Shown here: positions 12,060-24,901 of the stretch, piece by piece
Layout: each line of letters opens with the position of its first letter
Position numbering within the stretch: position 1 is the first letter of the stretch
Source: Octopus vulgaris
Lineage: Eukaryota
Assembly (NCBI GenBank): GCA_951406725.2
Contig: OX597822.1
Coordinates: forward strand, 59,334,001 to 59,398,000
Reading direction: 5' to 3'
DNA length: 64,000 nucleotides
Notes under the pieces: model-generated
Seen by the model: only the letters and a program-made list of their open reading frames with translations
Told to the model about the DNA's origin: nothing
Databases searched by the model: none
Made by a program: the position numbers and the translations under genes

Positions 12060-13358
12060 TGTGACGAGAGCAAGACAGTTCAGGAGCGTGGAAATCCTCA
12101 TCTAAAGCAAAATTCTCGAGAGTTCTTGGACAAGAACTTGGGCGAATTGAAAATCAGAGTGGCTATTGTCAACGCTTCAGGGATAGCTTTCTCTCGGATT
12201 ATTATCCGAGAGAAAGCTATCCCTGAAGCGTTGCGTGCAGATGACCTCCTACGTTGCATTCGTTATCTACTAACACTACCGTCGTGCCTTGCCCCATTTC
12301 ATGGCAAACCAAACTGGAGCGCTTGTTTCTCCACTTTCTTTGGAGGAGATGAGTTTCGTTCGTCAGACGGCCTATTTGCTGTCAACATCCGATGTCTGTA
12401 AAGCTAATGATGCGCAGACACCTCCGGAGGCTACTACACCTGCAGTGCTTCCTTGTTAGTGAGCAGATATGGTCACCATTTGTCAGACTCACTTTTCTGT
12501 AACGCATCTTTTTGACAGAGATGCAGTCCTGGATCAATCGCGGCATGAAACAGGGTGCCTGTTACCTAGAGTATCGTCAGACGCTCACAGTCCTCTCCCA
12601 GTTGGGCAATGTGGTCAGTGGAAGAACAAGAGCGATGATGTCCTCAAGGAATCTCTGGACGTCGACGAAAATCAACTGGTTGATCTGTTATAAAGAACTT
12701 TTGGTCTAAGACCAATGGATAATTTTCAGAAATCCATGGACTGGTAATGCCAGCGGGGGTGAATTTCCGGTTCAGAATAAACCCTACAGGAATAGTAATA
12801 CCGTCATCCAGGCTTGTTCGAGATGCACACAAAGCGTCAAAGCGTACAGTGCCAGAGTATTGCTAACTAGCGGAGTTTTGTCGAACAGCTGCTATCGCTT
12901 TTAGGAAGTTTCTTGCTCTCGATCGATCCCATGAGGAAGACCGGCACGCTGCCTTCTTTTTTCCGTGAAAAGCAGGAAATTTAAGCCTGGTGACTATGAC
13001 AAAAGAAGTCTGGTGGATGAAACTGAAAGGGCTGAAGACAGACAATTTCCTCTTCGGTTAAACCCTCATCGATTTTTTTTATTGTTTCGTTTTAAAAAGA
13101 TGAGGACGGAGAGTGCGGAAAGAGGCAGGACGCCACCTTGTGGTGTCTCGCGCAGTTAGGGAGATCCAGGATCGAATAGATTCTTTGACTGCCCCTGGGT
13201 AGTACTATCTGCTATTGGGACATTTTGCGAACAATTTTCTTGTTAATTGTTACTGTTTTGTTTACACTTGTATGTGTAACCCCGCACTTTGTATTATCCT
13301 AAATCTGTTCTTTGCGGCCCTTGTGCCTTGTGGCCAATAAAGAAATTATTATTATTAT
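12060..13358 (+). mobile_element. L1/Tx1-clade LINE, 3' part of ORF2 and 3' UTR (degenerate)
   Basis: Translation VPCPISWQTKLERLFLHFLWRR*VSFVRRPICCQHP (post-RT region), CSRC zinc-finger-like remnant near 12810, T-rich 3' UTR ending AATAAA then (ATT)n. Confidence 0.7.
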
Positions 13359-13589
13359 TTCTTACTTCGGAAAGTGTCACGTATTGCTCTGGTGATTAAA
13401 AAAAATCTATCGGATTAAATGCTAATCCGAACGGATTATTTTTAATGGTGTCTCCTATTTCTGGCATGTTCCTTCGTTTTAGAAAAAAAAAGTGATTTTA
13501 ATTTCACCAAATAAAATTTATTTTCTGCCGTCAGGCAATTTAACCATTCTGATGAAAACAACAATACACCAAGATAAGAAAGAGGAAGA

Positions 13590-13593
<4 letters not shown>

Positions 13594-13647
<54 letters not shown>

Positions 13648-13648
13648 A

Positions 13649-13674
<26 letters not shown>
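13594..13674. repeat. (AG)n microsatellite
   Basis: Directly visible. Confidence 0.95.
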
Positions 13675-13680
<6 letters not shown>

Positions 13681-13779
13681 GGAGAAGAGGGAGAAGCAAA
13701 AGTTATTAAAAGAAAATAAAATAATTTATATTAAAAAACACGCAAGTATAAATGCAGTTTTCACTAACAAATATACTGC

Positions 13780-15268
13780 GCATTAAAATTCCTATCGGAG
13801 AAAATAAAGTCAGGAAAAAAATGAGTTCCCGGTATTAAGGAAATTTTGAGTAAGGACAAATTTGATTGTGAGGATTTGTGACACGATAATATGGCTAAAG
13901 ATTCTGTACCTTCCTATTTCTTTATTGCCCACAAGGGGCTAAACATAGAGGGGGACAAACAAGGATAGGTAAAGGGATTAAGTCGATTATATCAACCCCA
14001 GTGCGTAACTGGTACTTAATTTATCGACCCTGAAAGGATGAAAGGCAAAATCGATCTCGGCGTAATTTGAACTCAGAACATAACGGCAGACGAAATGCTG
14101 ATAAGCATTTCGACCGGTGCGCTAACGTTTCTGCCAGCTCGCCGCCTTTAAAGGATTCTGTACCTTTTGCGAAGGACTTGTTGAAGAGCAGGCTAGAAAA
14201 ATATTAACCGTACTCTGCCTTACGAAGGGAAGGGAATATTCTTTCTACCCTAGAATCACCAAATAAAGGAAACTGGTGTCTAGACGATTAGCTTCTTAAT
14301 CAACAGAGGTTATGGAACCGTTTGTCCGGTTTTCTGGCCTCGGGCCGAAGCGCAGTATCAGACAGACATAGTGCATGAAACAGTCGTTTAGTACATGGAC
14401 AAGCAAAACACAAAGGTGGTGATCAGTCACTGATCACTAATTCGTTCTTAACTCTGTAGCGCAATAGTATTAAGTGTATAGGTAATGAGGGACATGTTCG
14501 AGAAGAATCACTATGGCCTTGAATGTTCTGATTTCTTAAGACCTCGGGGCTTTTCTGGAGTTGTTTTGTCGTGGGTGCAGAGGGAAAAGTGGTGAGACTG
14601 ATGGAAAGTCTAGCTCTTATATTTGTAGTAGTAGAGGCATTCGAGGACTGATTGCCTGAAATAGTTGAAAACAGAAAAAGAAGGTTCAGGAAGTTGGTGG
14701 AGATGAATTTTCTGGAAATTGTCCAGGTTCGTGGTTATCAGAAGCAATAACGAAGGACTTCTCGAGTTGTTATTTGAGCTGGATGACAACATGTCAATGG
14801 ATCATGAATCTAGGAATGAAAACTACCTCGAAGAAAAAATTTTTCCCAAGTCTATAGAGAAATCTAAGAACGATTAGAATACTTTTGACCAAAACAATGT
14901 GTCGTATTTCAAGGATGAAGCTATCCTTAAGAATGATTTTAGTGACCTTCACCCCTGGAAGAATATAAGTGATGAATATGAGGGGTTGTAGCTTGTTATG
15001 ATTCGATCTAAGTAGTAGGCTCTCACCCGAGTGTGGGTAAGTAATTCAAAATACTTTTTCCTCTTTTACCGTAATGTTATATCTGATTTAAGTGCTGCGT
15101 GTATTATATGATTTTACGTTTATTCTGCGCTTTTATCTAGGTTTTGATGTGTTTATCGCATAACATTCTTACCACTCTCTTTTATTTTTGTTCATCCTTA
15201 CCTATTTTGTAATTTTGTCGGTATTAATGTTACTCTTTCTGAGCCTTGATTGCTAATAAGCAAAAGAT
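13780..15268 (+). mobile_element. Degenerate L1/Tx1 ORF1-like element with 3' UTR, interrupted by a SINE
   Basis: NRGYGTVCPVF near 14300 resembles GKKYGTVEIRF of the 19.6-kb ORF1; SCFVVGAEG knuckle relic near 14560; T-rich 3' UTR. Boundaries approximate. Confidence 0.45.
13913..14153 (-). mobile_element. SINE family A with 13-bp TSD
   Basis: Full SINE; GATTCTGTACCTT at 13900-13912 and 14154-14166. Confidence 0.9.
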
Positions 15269-15271
15269 TAG

Positions 15272-15475
15272 GTTGACGAGTTGGCGGAATCGTAACACGT
15301 CGGACAAATTGCTCAAGAGTATTTCATTTGGCTCTTTACGATCTGAGTTCGAATCTCGCCGTGGTCAGCTTTGCCTTTCATCATTTTGAGGACGATTAAA
15401 TAAAGTATCAGGTCGATGTAATCGACTAACACCCCCCCCTAATACTGCTGTCCTTGAGCCAAAATTTGATACTAT
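15272..15475 (+). mobile_element. SINE family A (diverged)
   Basis: GAGTTGGCGGAATCGT head, GAGTTCGAATCTCGCC B box, TTGCCTTTCATC body. Confidence 0.75.
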
Positions 15476-15489
15476 TATTATTATTATTT

Positions 15490-18150
15490 CTCCATTGCTC
15501 GATATAGTCTTTCATACTACGAGTTAAAACTTAACGGAAAAGGCCTTACACAGGAAAAACTTTTCCAAAAATATGTGCTGTACAAGGAGAGATCTTTAGA
15601 TCAATCACATGTTTATCTTGTTGCCAGACTATTCCTAGCAGATAGTCTGTTTTGGGGGGATTGAACCTAATTTTCCGATATTAACTGACACGACTTTCAC
15701 TTTTGCTGATGAATATTCCCACATTTTCATGTTTTAAAATTCAGTTTAGCAAATTTTGAGATCTTTTCCAATTATTTTTCTCTAATGCTTTTGTCTGAGG
15801 CAATTGCCATGTGTACTATGAGGCATTCTTTTTCTTTCAAATTATATCTATACATATATTAGTATTTGGTCTATGGTGTCTATGTGCCGGGATGTCAGTC
15901 TCATACAATCTTTTGTTTACCAGCCTTCTTAGGTAAATGATTGTACCATTCGAATGACCTAAATTTTTGCAAAATGACCAGTGGAAATATAGACAGACCT
16001 TATCCTGTCACAATACGATCAATATTTCTCACTCGCTCATCCCGTAAGCGATATTTATTTGTTGAAACTCTCCAGCAAATATCCGAATTCACTGAATTAG
16101 TAACTAACGTTTGATCTTGAACACTTACCGACAAACTTTCGGTTTATCTTTTAATTCCTATTCAGAAGCTATTTTCAAGACAACTTATAAATGTTCATGT
16201 TCTTCGTTTCTTTGTAGAGTTACTCATGTAACTGCATTTCGCATAGTGTTTTCCTTTTTTCTACAAATTCTACTCTTGTATACACTCTTTTCTTCAAGTT
16301 CAATACCAGTAAGTATTAATTGTATTTAATAGTCTCCTGATCTCTCTCTCTTTCTCTCTCCCCCTCTCTCTCTATCCTGACAGAAATGCAAGACCTTCTG
16401 TTTCATATATAAACAACTGACTAGATGAAGCACTCCATGTATTATTAGAATATTTTCTCGTTTCTAGCTCAAATGTTATGCTTCGTCCAATTCACAATTG
16501 CATAAAACGGCAACCGCCCTCCTGTTGGTTGCATTTATCAAAATATTTTATTTAAATCTGGACTGCAATAGTGTTGTTCTCATTAAAAAAAAATTCTTTA
16601 TGCGAAATATCATCAAGATTCCATAAGCCTAGATACTTGTATCCATTGTAAAATAAGTTGTAGAATGCATACTTCAGATAAAGCATTTCCAAAATAGCCT
16701 TTCTTCCATCTTTTTATGATCAAAGTCGCAATTCCATTTCTAAATCACTGCAACCCGCCTTTACTGTTTTAACAAAGAAATAGACCTCTTTATCTGACTT
16801 TGCGAATATTATTAAGTCATCTGTGAAGAATATAGAATTTAAAAAGGGTGCCTTTCTCCCTAGATTGTTGCCCGGTCATCGAACTATGCAGTAACTAACG
16901 AAGGAATGAAACATAATTTTACACAAACATTTCCCAATGATTTCTTGATCGCCATCAAGTTCGTTCCAGTGTATGAAACTAGCAGTGAAAATATTAATGA
17001 GATTTTTAGCTCTGACTCTACAATTCAAGAATGGGGCATCATGATGTAGGCCTTTCTGAAATCAAACCATGCCAAATCACAGATTAGTTTGTTATCGCTT
17101 GCAGTTCTTCATCACTATTTTGTGAGTGATCAGATTGTTTTTGGAACATTTTGAATGTCTCCTGAATCTATTCAAATCAACAAATAGTGATTTATTTTGC
17201 ATTAAATAAATGTTTTTTTCGACGAAAATGCTTATTAGTAACTTCCATAACAATTTGAAGTACACAGACAGGCGATAATTTTGTACTGCAGCTCCTTTCA
17301 CTGGTTCTAATCAAACTTTCCCTCAGCCATCCATTGTGATACATTTCCTTTTATTATACATTTAGAGGATTTCTGGTTTGGCCGTGAAAACATTTCACAT
17401 GTTTTACAAAAACCTCCTTTCCAATATTGTATCTTTACTTGCTGTAGGATATTGTTCCTACTTTTAGTGATTGGTTTTTGCTTCTCTACATTGCCTATTT
17501 CCTTTCAACCGTTTTGCTCCATTCTATGTTTTCCTTATGCATAATCGGCCACCCTCAAATTTCTACTAAGAATTCTCTTGCATCACCAGCATTTGATGCT
17601 AACGTTTCTATTACTCTAAAACCGTACCCGAATTGATTTTAAAAGTGTATGCTCAAACTGAGTTGCTTTCTGAACATAAGGTTTTATCTCAGCTAACTTT
17701 GCACGGATTCTTTCCTTGATCTGCCCCACCACAAAAGTAACTCTTGTTGTTCTTGTTTGTTGTTATAATATTTGTGCTTTTGGTTGAACGGTGATCTTAG
17801 AACTGGCTCTGCAGAAGAAATAAATGTATTACACTTGCATTTAATGAAAAGAAAAACATCTTTTGGATACTTCTCCTCTCCCCGGTTATTGTCTCTTGTT
17901 ATAAAAATTGCTTTTGGTTTTCTGTATTGCTCAATTTCGTCTTTACTGTTTTGATCAATTCTGCATTTTCCCAATGTGTAATCGAGCGCCCCCAAATTCC
18001 TGCCCCAAATCCTATTGCTCCTCTCGAATTTGTCGTTCAGGGTGGAAATGAAACGTTTCTCTTTGCTTATCTTCGGGTGGAAACCGGTTTGTCTTCGGAC
18101 TTTTTACGTTTAATATTTTATAAACATTTCGCTTACTCATGTTTCAGCGT
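15490..18150 (-). mobile_element. R4/Dong-like non-LTR retrotransposon (RT + restriction-like endonuclease), degenerate
   Basis: Minus-strand motifs AWFDFRKAY, FFTDDLIIF, HRP...CLIVHMAI and VVSVNIGKLG (endonuclease domain); the 3' end abuts ATT repeats. Confidence 0.75.
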
Positions 18151-18399
18151 GGTTTTATCTTATAGAAGGGCGAAAGAAATATTCGCTTGAAAGGTGATGA
18201 TTCAATTATAAACAGATACGCTCTTTAGATAGAAACAAATATCAATATATTAACAGATAAAAAAAAATTGAACAGGAAAGAAACATAAAAACGTAAAACA
18301 GATAAAGTAATACAAATGAAAAATAACGAACTAGTTGAAAACAGTAATACTTTGAGTTTTCTATTGTGAAGTGTCGCAAAAAAAATGCTTAGCTATAAA

Positions 18400-19000
18400 C
18401 TGATTTTAAAACATATCAGAGAAATGTGTTACGAGCTACAGTGCTTTCTTGCCTGAGCAAGAAGAAAGCTAACATATTTCCGTATTGCGAAAAATGAAGG
18501 AAGCTTTCATACAACCTCAAAAGAACAGTTGCAATGAAGCACTAACTGTTGTATGGAAAGTTATTTTTATCAACTGTAGTAAAATAGACGGTAGTATTTG
18601 TTTATCTTTAAACACCCAGGTCGAGGCGAAGCGGGGTGAAGTAAGGCGCTAGACCAGTTTAATATACTACACACATGCTCATACGCTCAAACCTCTAATC
18701 ACGGGCCAGTACAATACAAGGGTGAAATTAGAGACTTTCTTTCCACATTGTAGCGCAATATGCACAGGTCGTGAGAGATCTTAAGAAATAGCTAGTGGTT
18801 GGGAGAGGTCAGCACGAGCTTCTAAGTTTTAATAATCCCGAGAACAGTAGAGCCATTCTTGAGCTGTGTTTTGTTATGGGTGAAGAATCAAAAGCAATAC
18901 GAATGGTGGTGTAGGGCATAAAGTCAAGCAACTGCACTTTTGGAGTAAAACTCACTTGACAACTTTTTATCCTGAACCACTAGAAAGGAAGAAAAAGAGA
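18400..19000 (+). mobile_element. Degenerate L1/Tx1 ORF1-like relic
   Basis: DGSICLSLNTQVEAKR, TRVKLETF and MVV*GIKSSNC occur in the same order as the motifs of the 19.6-20.0 kb ORF1. Confidence 0.35.
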
Positions 19001-19049
19001 AAGAGGGTAAAGAGATAAAGAGATAGACTATATATATATATATCATGGA

Positions 19050-21700
19050 CTATCCCATCGTTAGACGACGTATGAGTGTTCGCCAATTTCTGCCGAACAA
19101 ATGTATTTTTTTCTGCTTGTAAGTGTTGCTATTTCCTTTTTCGAATTTTGTGCATCTGTAAATCTGAACCTGCCTAACAGGGGTAATTTCTGTATCATAG
19201 CTTCCAGCAACGGTGAAGATAACGCCCCCAACGTCGAAGCACACGACAAACTGCTTAATGAATTGCACCATGAAATGTCCCCTGCCCTTCCCTGTTGCGA
19301 ACAGGAGGAGGAAAACAACTCAATTACCCAGGACAAAATGACGGATTCTGCCAAGGACACCCTAATCCGCTTTCGCGCCTATAACAACTGTGAACCACGC
19401 GACTATAAGCATTAACCCAACAGACCTTGAAAATATAAAAGCTTTTTAAAACGTGAAGGTACCAACGTGCATCTAACCCCACCCGGCGAAATCATACATA
19501 TCACAAAAAGAAAACACTATTATGTGCAAGTCACTTAAAAAAAAACTAAGAAAATTGAACACGCATCGAAAGAAAGCATAGAGAAATGTTTACAATGGGG
19601 TAGTACAACTTATGTGGCAAGAGGGAAAAAATACGGCACTGTGGAGATTAGATTTGCGTCCGAAGAAGAAGCAAAAAACACTCTACAGTGCCTTTAAAAT
19701 CAACAGAACTAGTACTACTACCCACAAAAGAACCTCAAAGATAAAAATAGGGGAGACCCCGCCGGAGATTGGTGTAGTGTGGCTGGTGGCGGCTGTCCTG
19801 GAAAACAAAATATCAATATTGCAAGTCACCAAGCTACATCAATAAAACTGGTGGCGCCAAGGCTTGAAAATTCTAATCCAAGCAATGCAAAAAGACCTTG
19901 AAGATATACCAGATTTAATCAAAGTGTCAGATGAAACAACGCTACCAGTTACGGTGGAGGGATGTAGACCCAGATGCTATAAATGGGGGCAGAAGGGCCA
20001 TATCAGGGCCCCCTGCCCACAGGAATCATCAGCAATGGGTCCCCTCTCCACCTAACGATCATACACAGCTTGAAGCCTAAACTGTGAACGGCCAAACCAA
20101 GGCCATGCCTAACAAACTTGATTCCACAAAACACCCAGTAGGCTTAACCCCTCGCAGCAAAGACCAACGACCCAACCAAGGGAGTGACGAGAACGACAAA
20201 CCAAAATCTCACCAGTGATATCACAACCAAGAATACACAAACTACCACAGAAAACGACACCACAGAGGGAAGTCGCAAAGAAAAAAACACTTCAACAACA
20301 CCTCCTCCACACCACATACACACATACTCCTGCATCCTCCCCCACACGCTTACACAAGAATCACAATCATCAGCACCATTACCTTAAGACACTGTCATCA
20401 ACCTCACAGCCATCAATAACAATAACAAATCACTAGTTGAGCACACGCGGAAGAATCACCTCATCACCCATTCAGAACCCCCACCTCACACCCCTCAAAT
20501 ACCCAAACACATCTAATTCATCCACATAGACAATCATTCATACATTGAATTAAAACACACGTGCACACACGCACACACAGAAAGAATGCAGTGGACTAAC
20601 AAAACTTTAAATTGCAACAACAAGCCCCAGTAGCTGCTAAAGCAGTCACGCCACCAATTGCAGCTCAATCACCTACCAGGACAAGAAAATGGTAATTAGT
20701 TGATTTTCCCCTTGATCACAACCAATAATGTCGCTCCACCGTCTCGCGAGAAAGAGAAAGAGAAAGATATGAACAGTGAGCAGGTTCTTAAAAGGAAAAA
20801 AAGGCCCTACCCCAAATGAAGCCAAGTGAAGCAGGTAAGAGGGGGCTTCTTCTCCAGGATGCATTTCTCATGGCTGCGTGAGATATTAATGCTTTTTTGT
20901 GGAACCAATAGAAAGCTTCAAGCATAACGATGCGGACGGACTGCTTATTGGTAAAGACAGGAATAAGGCCAGAGGAATTAAAATAACATTCGAAAGATAA
21001 GAGTAGTTTTAATTACAATATTTAAAACTAGACTATCCAGAATACCTGAGCTGCTTCAACCTATGTTCAGCCCTGGACATACTCACGGGTACCTTTAGGC
21101 TTTTCAGTTATCGCAGCTGCACAAAGTGAAGGCAAGCAAAACGTATGAGGTGGAGACCATTTTCAACCTACTTGAATTATAAGTTCACTGTTCTTCGCAA
21201 AACAAACGAAGAACAGCTAAAATTACTAAATTAATTGAAGGAAGATGAAGGTCATAGCAATTTGATGATGGAGGAGGCGGCGGGCACCGATTTTGTTGAA
21301 CATCGAAATGATAGGCGGCTACTGAATACCACAGGAACGATGGATGAACTATTACTTTGTAGTTTCATACAAAAGTTCGGTGATCTCATGCTCAGTCCAG
21401 CACCAAAAATGCTCAGAAGCACCTTATGATACAACAGTCTCGGCGAGAGGTAGGAATTAAATCGTGGGTGCTCTGGCTAAACTAGCTTGTGGGCTCTCAT
21501 TCGTATGTGACCGGGCTAACCTTAAATTGTTTTAATATTTTAAGAATTAGACCATATTCTGTTTTGGTTAGTTGCTTCATATATTTATATATTTATATAT
21601 TTTCCATACGCTCGTTGTATAACATCCCTGCCCCAGTCACTTTTTTAATAGTATTTTGTGCTGTCAATCTTCACATATTTTATAAGCCTATTGCTTTAGC
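19050..21700 (+). mobile_element. L1/Tx1-type ORF1 (RRM-like + CCHC knuckle) element with no detectable ORF2
   Basis: YVARGKKYGTVEIRFASEEEAK, KIKIGETPPEI and LPVTVEGCRPRCYKWGQKGHIRAPCP (CX2CX4HX4C with one Cys lost); Thr/Pro-rich tail, then a T-rich 3' UTR. No endonuclease or RT motifs seen. Confidence 0.65.
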
Positions 21701-21707
21701 GTTTATT

Positions 21708-21886
21708 GTATGTATGTATGTATGTATGTATGTATGTATGTATGTATGTATGTATGTATATGTGTGTGTGTGTGTGTATGTGTATGAAGAGAGAGATAGC
21801 TAGAGTGAGAGATGTGTGTATGTATGTATGTATGTATGTATGTATGTATGTATGTATGTATGTATGTATGTATGTATGTATGTATA
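21708..21886. repeat. (TATG)n/(TG)n microsatellites
   Basis: Directly visible. Confidence 0.95.
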
Positions 21887-22018
21887 TGAGTACATGTCTG
21901 TACGGCTTGCATTTAAAATCATTAAAATGACGGACATTGTTCCAGTCAAATACTGTGATTGGTGGTATCGACTAATCCCCTACCCTGAAAATTGCTGGCT
22001 TATGACAAAATTTGAAGC

Positions 22019-22252
<234 letters not shown>

Positions 22253-22737
22253 CGCCCATGACCTTTAAACGCTTATGTAGGCGAGCGAAGTTGATGCAGC
22301 TGATATTCAATTCGAATTTATGTAGGATATCTACGAAAAAAACAAACAAACAAAACAATGAACATCATGTGGGTTCTTCAGAGTTGCAGTTTTGGAGGAG
22401 CAAACTGAGCAAAGTGCAAGAATTGACGACACACTAGGAGTGACGAATAGATGAAAGAGTGACATATCAGGAGGACATGAAATGAAGTGTTACGCAGTTT
22501 GTTAAATACCGGTTATGTGAAGTATTCTAGAAGTTAAAAAAAAAAACATGTCGGGTGTGCGGAAACAGCATGTCTATTGAACATGGGGATACTTTTCTGT
22601 TAATTGGATGGCCTTTAGTTGTCTAGGATTGGCTGCATCAATCGAATCTCTTTAGCATTACGCACGTCGTCCATATAGGTTGTCCTCTCGCTACTTTTGT
22701 ATGATCTGAACTAATTTTTTTTCTGCATAATTTAGAT

Positions 22738-23374
22738 CAGTGATTTTCAACGATGGTCCATGTAAGACTTTTCGGCGTCTACGCAAGCAAAATAGTAAAT
22801 TGGAGATCCACATCAGTATTTTAAGGGTCCACGAAAGAATGTTGCTTTAAACGTATTTATTTCAAGAAACAGTAGAGGCGCAATGGCCCAGTGGTTAGGG
22901 CAGCGGACTCGCGGTCGGAGGATCGCGGTTTCGATTCCCAGACCGGGCGTTGTGTGTGTTTATTGAGCGAAAACACCTAAAAGCTCCGCGAGGCTCCAGT
23001 AGGGGTGGTGGCGACTCCTGTTGAACTCTTTCGCCACAACTTTCTCTCTTCCTGTTTCTTGAGTAACGCTGCGATGGACTAGCGACCCGTCCAGCTGGAG
23101 GGAACACATATGCCACAGAAACCGGGAAACCGGACCCATGAGCCTGGCTAGGCTTGAAAAGGGCGAAAAAATATTTCAAGAAACAACAATATTTCTTTCT
23201 CTAACGTTTTATATAGTTCGACCTACACAAGTTAATGTATAAAAAGCAAAACAGGAATTTTTAAATAAGTGTCTATGAAACTGGTTTTAAACATCAAATA
23301 GCTTTGGGGGTCCACCAGAGTAAAATAATGGTCTTATTGGTAAAAAAAAAAAAAAAAACGGTCGAGAACTATTG
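22738..23374. mobile_element. Non-autonomous hAT (Charlie/Buster-like) MITE
   Basis: Termini CAGTGATTTTCAAC / GTCGAGAACTATTG; 8-bp TSD ATTTAGAT at 22730-22737 and 23375-23382. Confidence 0.85.
22872..23171 (+). mobile_element. tRNA-derived SINE (family C, V-domain-like) with 14-bp TSD
   Basis: A box TGGCCCAGTGG, B box GGTTTCGATTCC, CTGCGATGGACTAGCGACCCGTCCAG central domain; TSD TATTTCAAGAAACA at 22858-22871 and 23172-23185. Confidence 0.9.
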
Positions 23375-23835
23375 ATTTAGATGATTGAAGGGCATCGCGT
23401 TTAATATGCTATATAGAAAGGAGGTAATGTTCGAAAATGCACTTGGTTTCTTTGGAGTAGAAGGAATTAACCTCCTATTTGTTCGCCTTTTCTTTCCGCC
23501 AAACAATTGCATTTTTTGAAAGGATGATGATAACTTTTGTTTTGTTTTCTTTTTCCTTCAACTAGATCAACCAACAGATTGCTGTATAGTTAGAAGTTCT
23601 CTTCGTAACCGCATGGTTCGCGGTTATGTCCCACTGCACTGCATTTTTGGCAAGTATTCTCTGCTGTAGCCTTGAGTTAACTAATAAAATTTGGTTGACG
23701 GAAACTCTGTGGAAAACTGTCGTATATATCTTGTTTCCCGTCGCAGGATATTTTTAGTTCCCTAATATGACTTCATTAATGAAAAGTCAATTTCAAACGT
23801 GTCCCAAGAATCAACAATATTTTCCTCACGAAAAA

Positions 23836-24055
23836 GGCCGTGAGCTGGCAGAATTGTTTGCATGCCGGATAAAATACGTAACAGTATTTCGTCCGTCTTT
23901 ACGTTCTGAGTTGAAATCCTGCCGAGGTCGACTTTAACTTTCATCCTTTCGGGATTAATAAAATAAGTACCAGTTGAGCACTGGGGCTGATGTAATCAAC
24001 TTACTCCACCACCCAGCCGAAATTGCTGGCTTTGTGCAAAAACTTGAAATCAATA
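23836..24055 (+). mobile_element. SINE family A
   Basis: GTGAGCTGGCAGAATTG head and conserved body. Confidence 0.8.
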
Positions 24056-24299
24056 TTTCTCTTACGAATTCATTCTGTTGCTTTCTGTTTGTTTGTTTCT
24101 CTTATGTTCTTTCATTTTTTAAAAACCTTTTCCTTTTTTGACAATGCAACCTTTAAACATTAATGACATTCTGGGATTAGTCTAAGATACCGACAGTTAA
24201 ATATAGTTGAACTGTATTTTATTTATATTTACTTGTTAATAATTTACTATATGTACACACGATTAAATATTTCTTCGAGACGAATTTGCGGTTCTTCTC

Positions 24300-24901
24300 T
24301 TCTGTTCATTCGTGTGTATAAGTTTGTACCGCTTTTCTGTTTTGAGGTAGAGCGAACACACGAACATAGAAAGACACAAGGCGCAGCACAGAAGCGACTG
24401 GCTAGTGGAAATATCTACGACATTCAACAACTGGAAGATCAGATGTGAAGTGGTCCATGTGTGAAACTCATTCTTTTAGGAATTGCAACGATGGCGAAAC
24501 ATTCGTATTCAAACTCGGGCTTCGAAGTTGATAGCCAGCTTGCTTGAAATATGTCCTCTCGTTGCTGCATTTAGAAACTAAGTTCTTCGTTCGGGTGAGC
24601 CCTTTTAACAACGACAGAAGCTGAAAATCCTATCACGTCGCGGTCACCATTTTTGTAATGGAAGAAAGGTTTTTATGATACTTTGGGGCTATCTTCTTCC
24701 ATTATTATTCTGTTGATTCAAGTAGCTGAAAATACGAAGAATGAAGTTCTCGGCGGAATAAATTCAATAACCGTTTGTTTACAGGTGCTTCGTACAAGGG
24801 GTTTGCTTTGAGTAACCATCTTCACAGCAGTGCGTAGTTAGCCTTCTCTCTCATACACGTGAGGTTCAATAACCTCTGGAGACAATGCATGTGGTATCAC
24901 A
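24300..24901 (-). mobile_element. LTR retrotransposon remnant with tRNA-Trp primer-binding site
   Basis: Minus strand ...CCATTACA (LTR-like end), AAAA, then TGGTGACCGCGACGTGAT (24632-24649), one mismatch from the canonical Trp primer-binding site. LTR limits uncertain. Confidence 0.55.

Noticed and set aside
22872-22950. tRNA-like sequence with A and B boxes
   Set aside because: It continues into a SINE body with a tail and TSD, and a second copy is at 40824-41060, so it is a SINE head and not a tRNA gene.
24420-24480. Minus-strand FTHGPLHI resembling the Helitron/PIF1 helicase motif FSHGQLYV
   Set aside because: No other helicase motifs nearby, and an LTR primer-binding site explains the region better.
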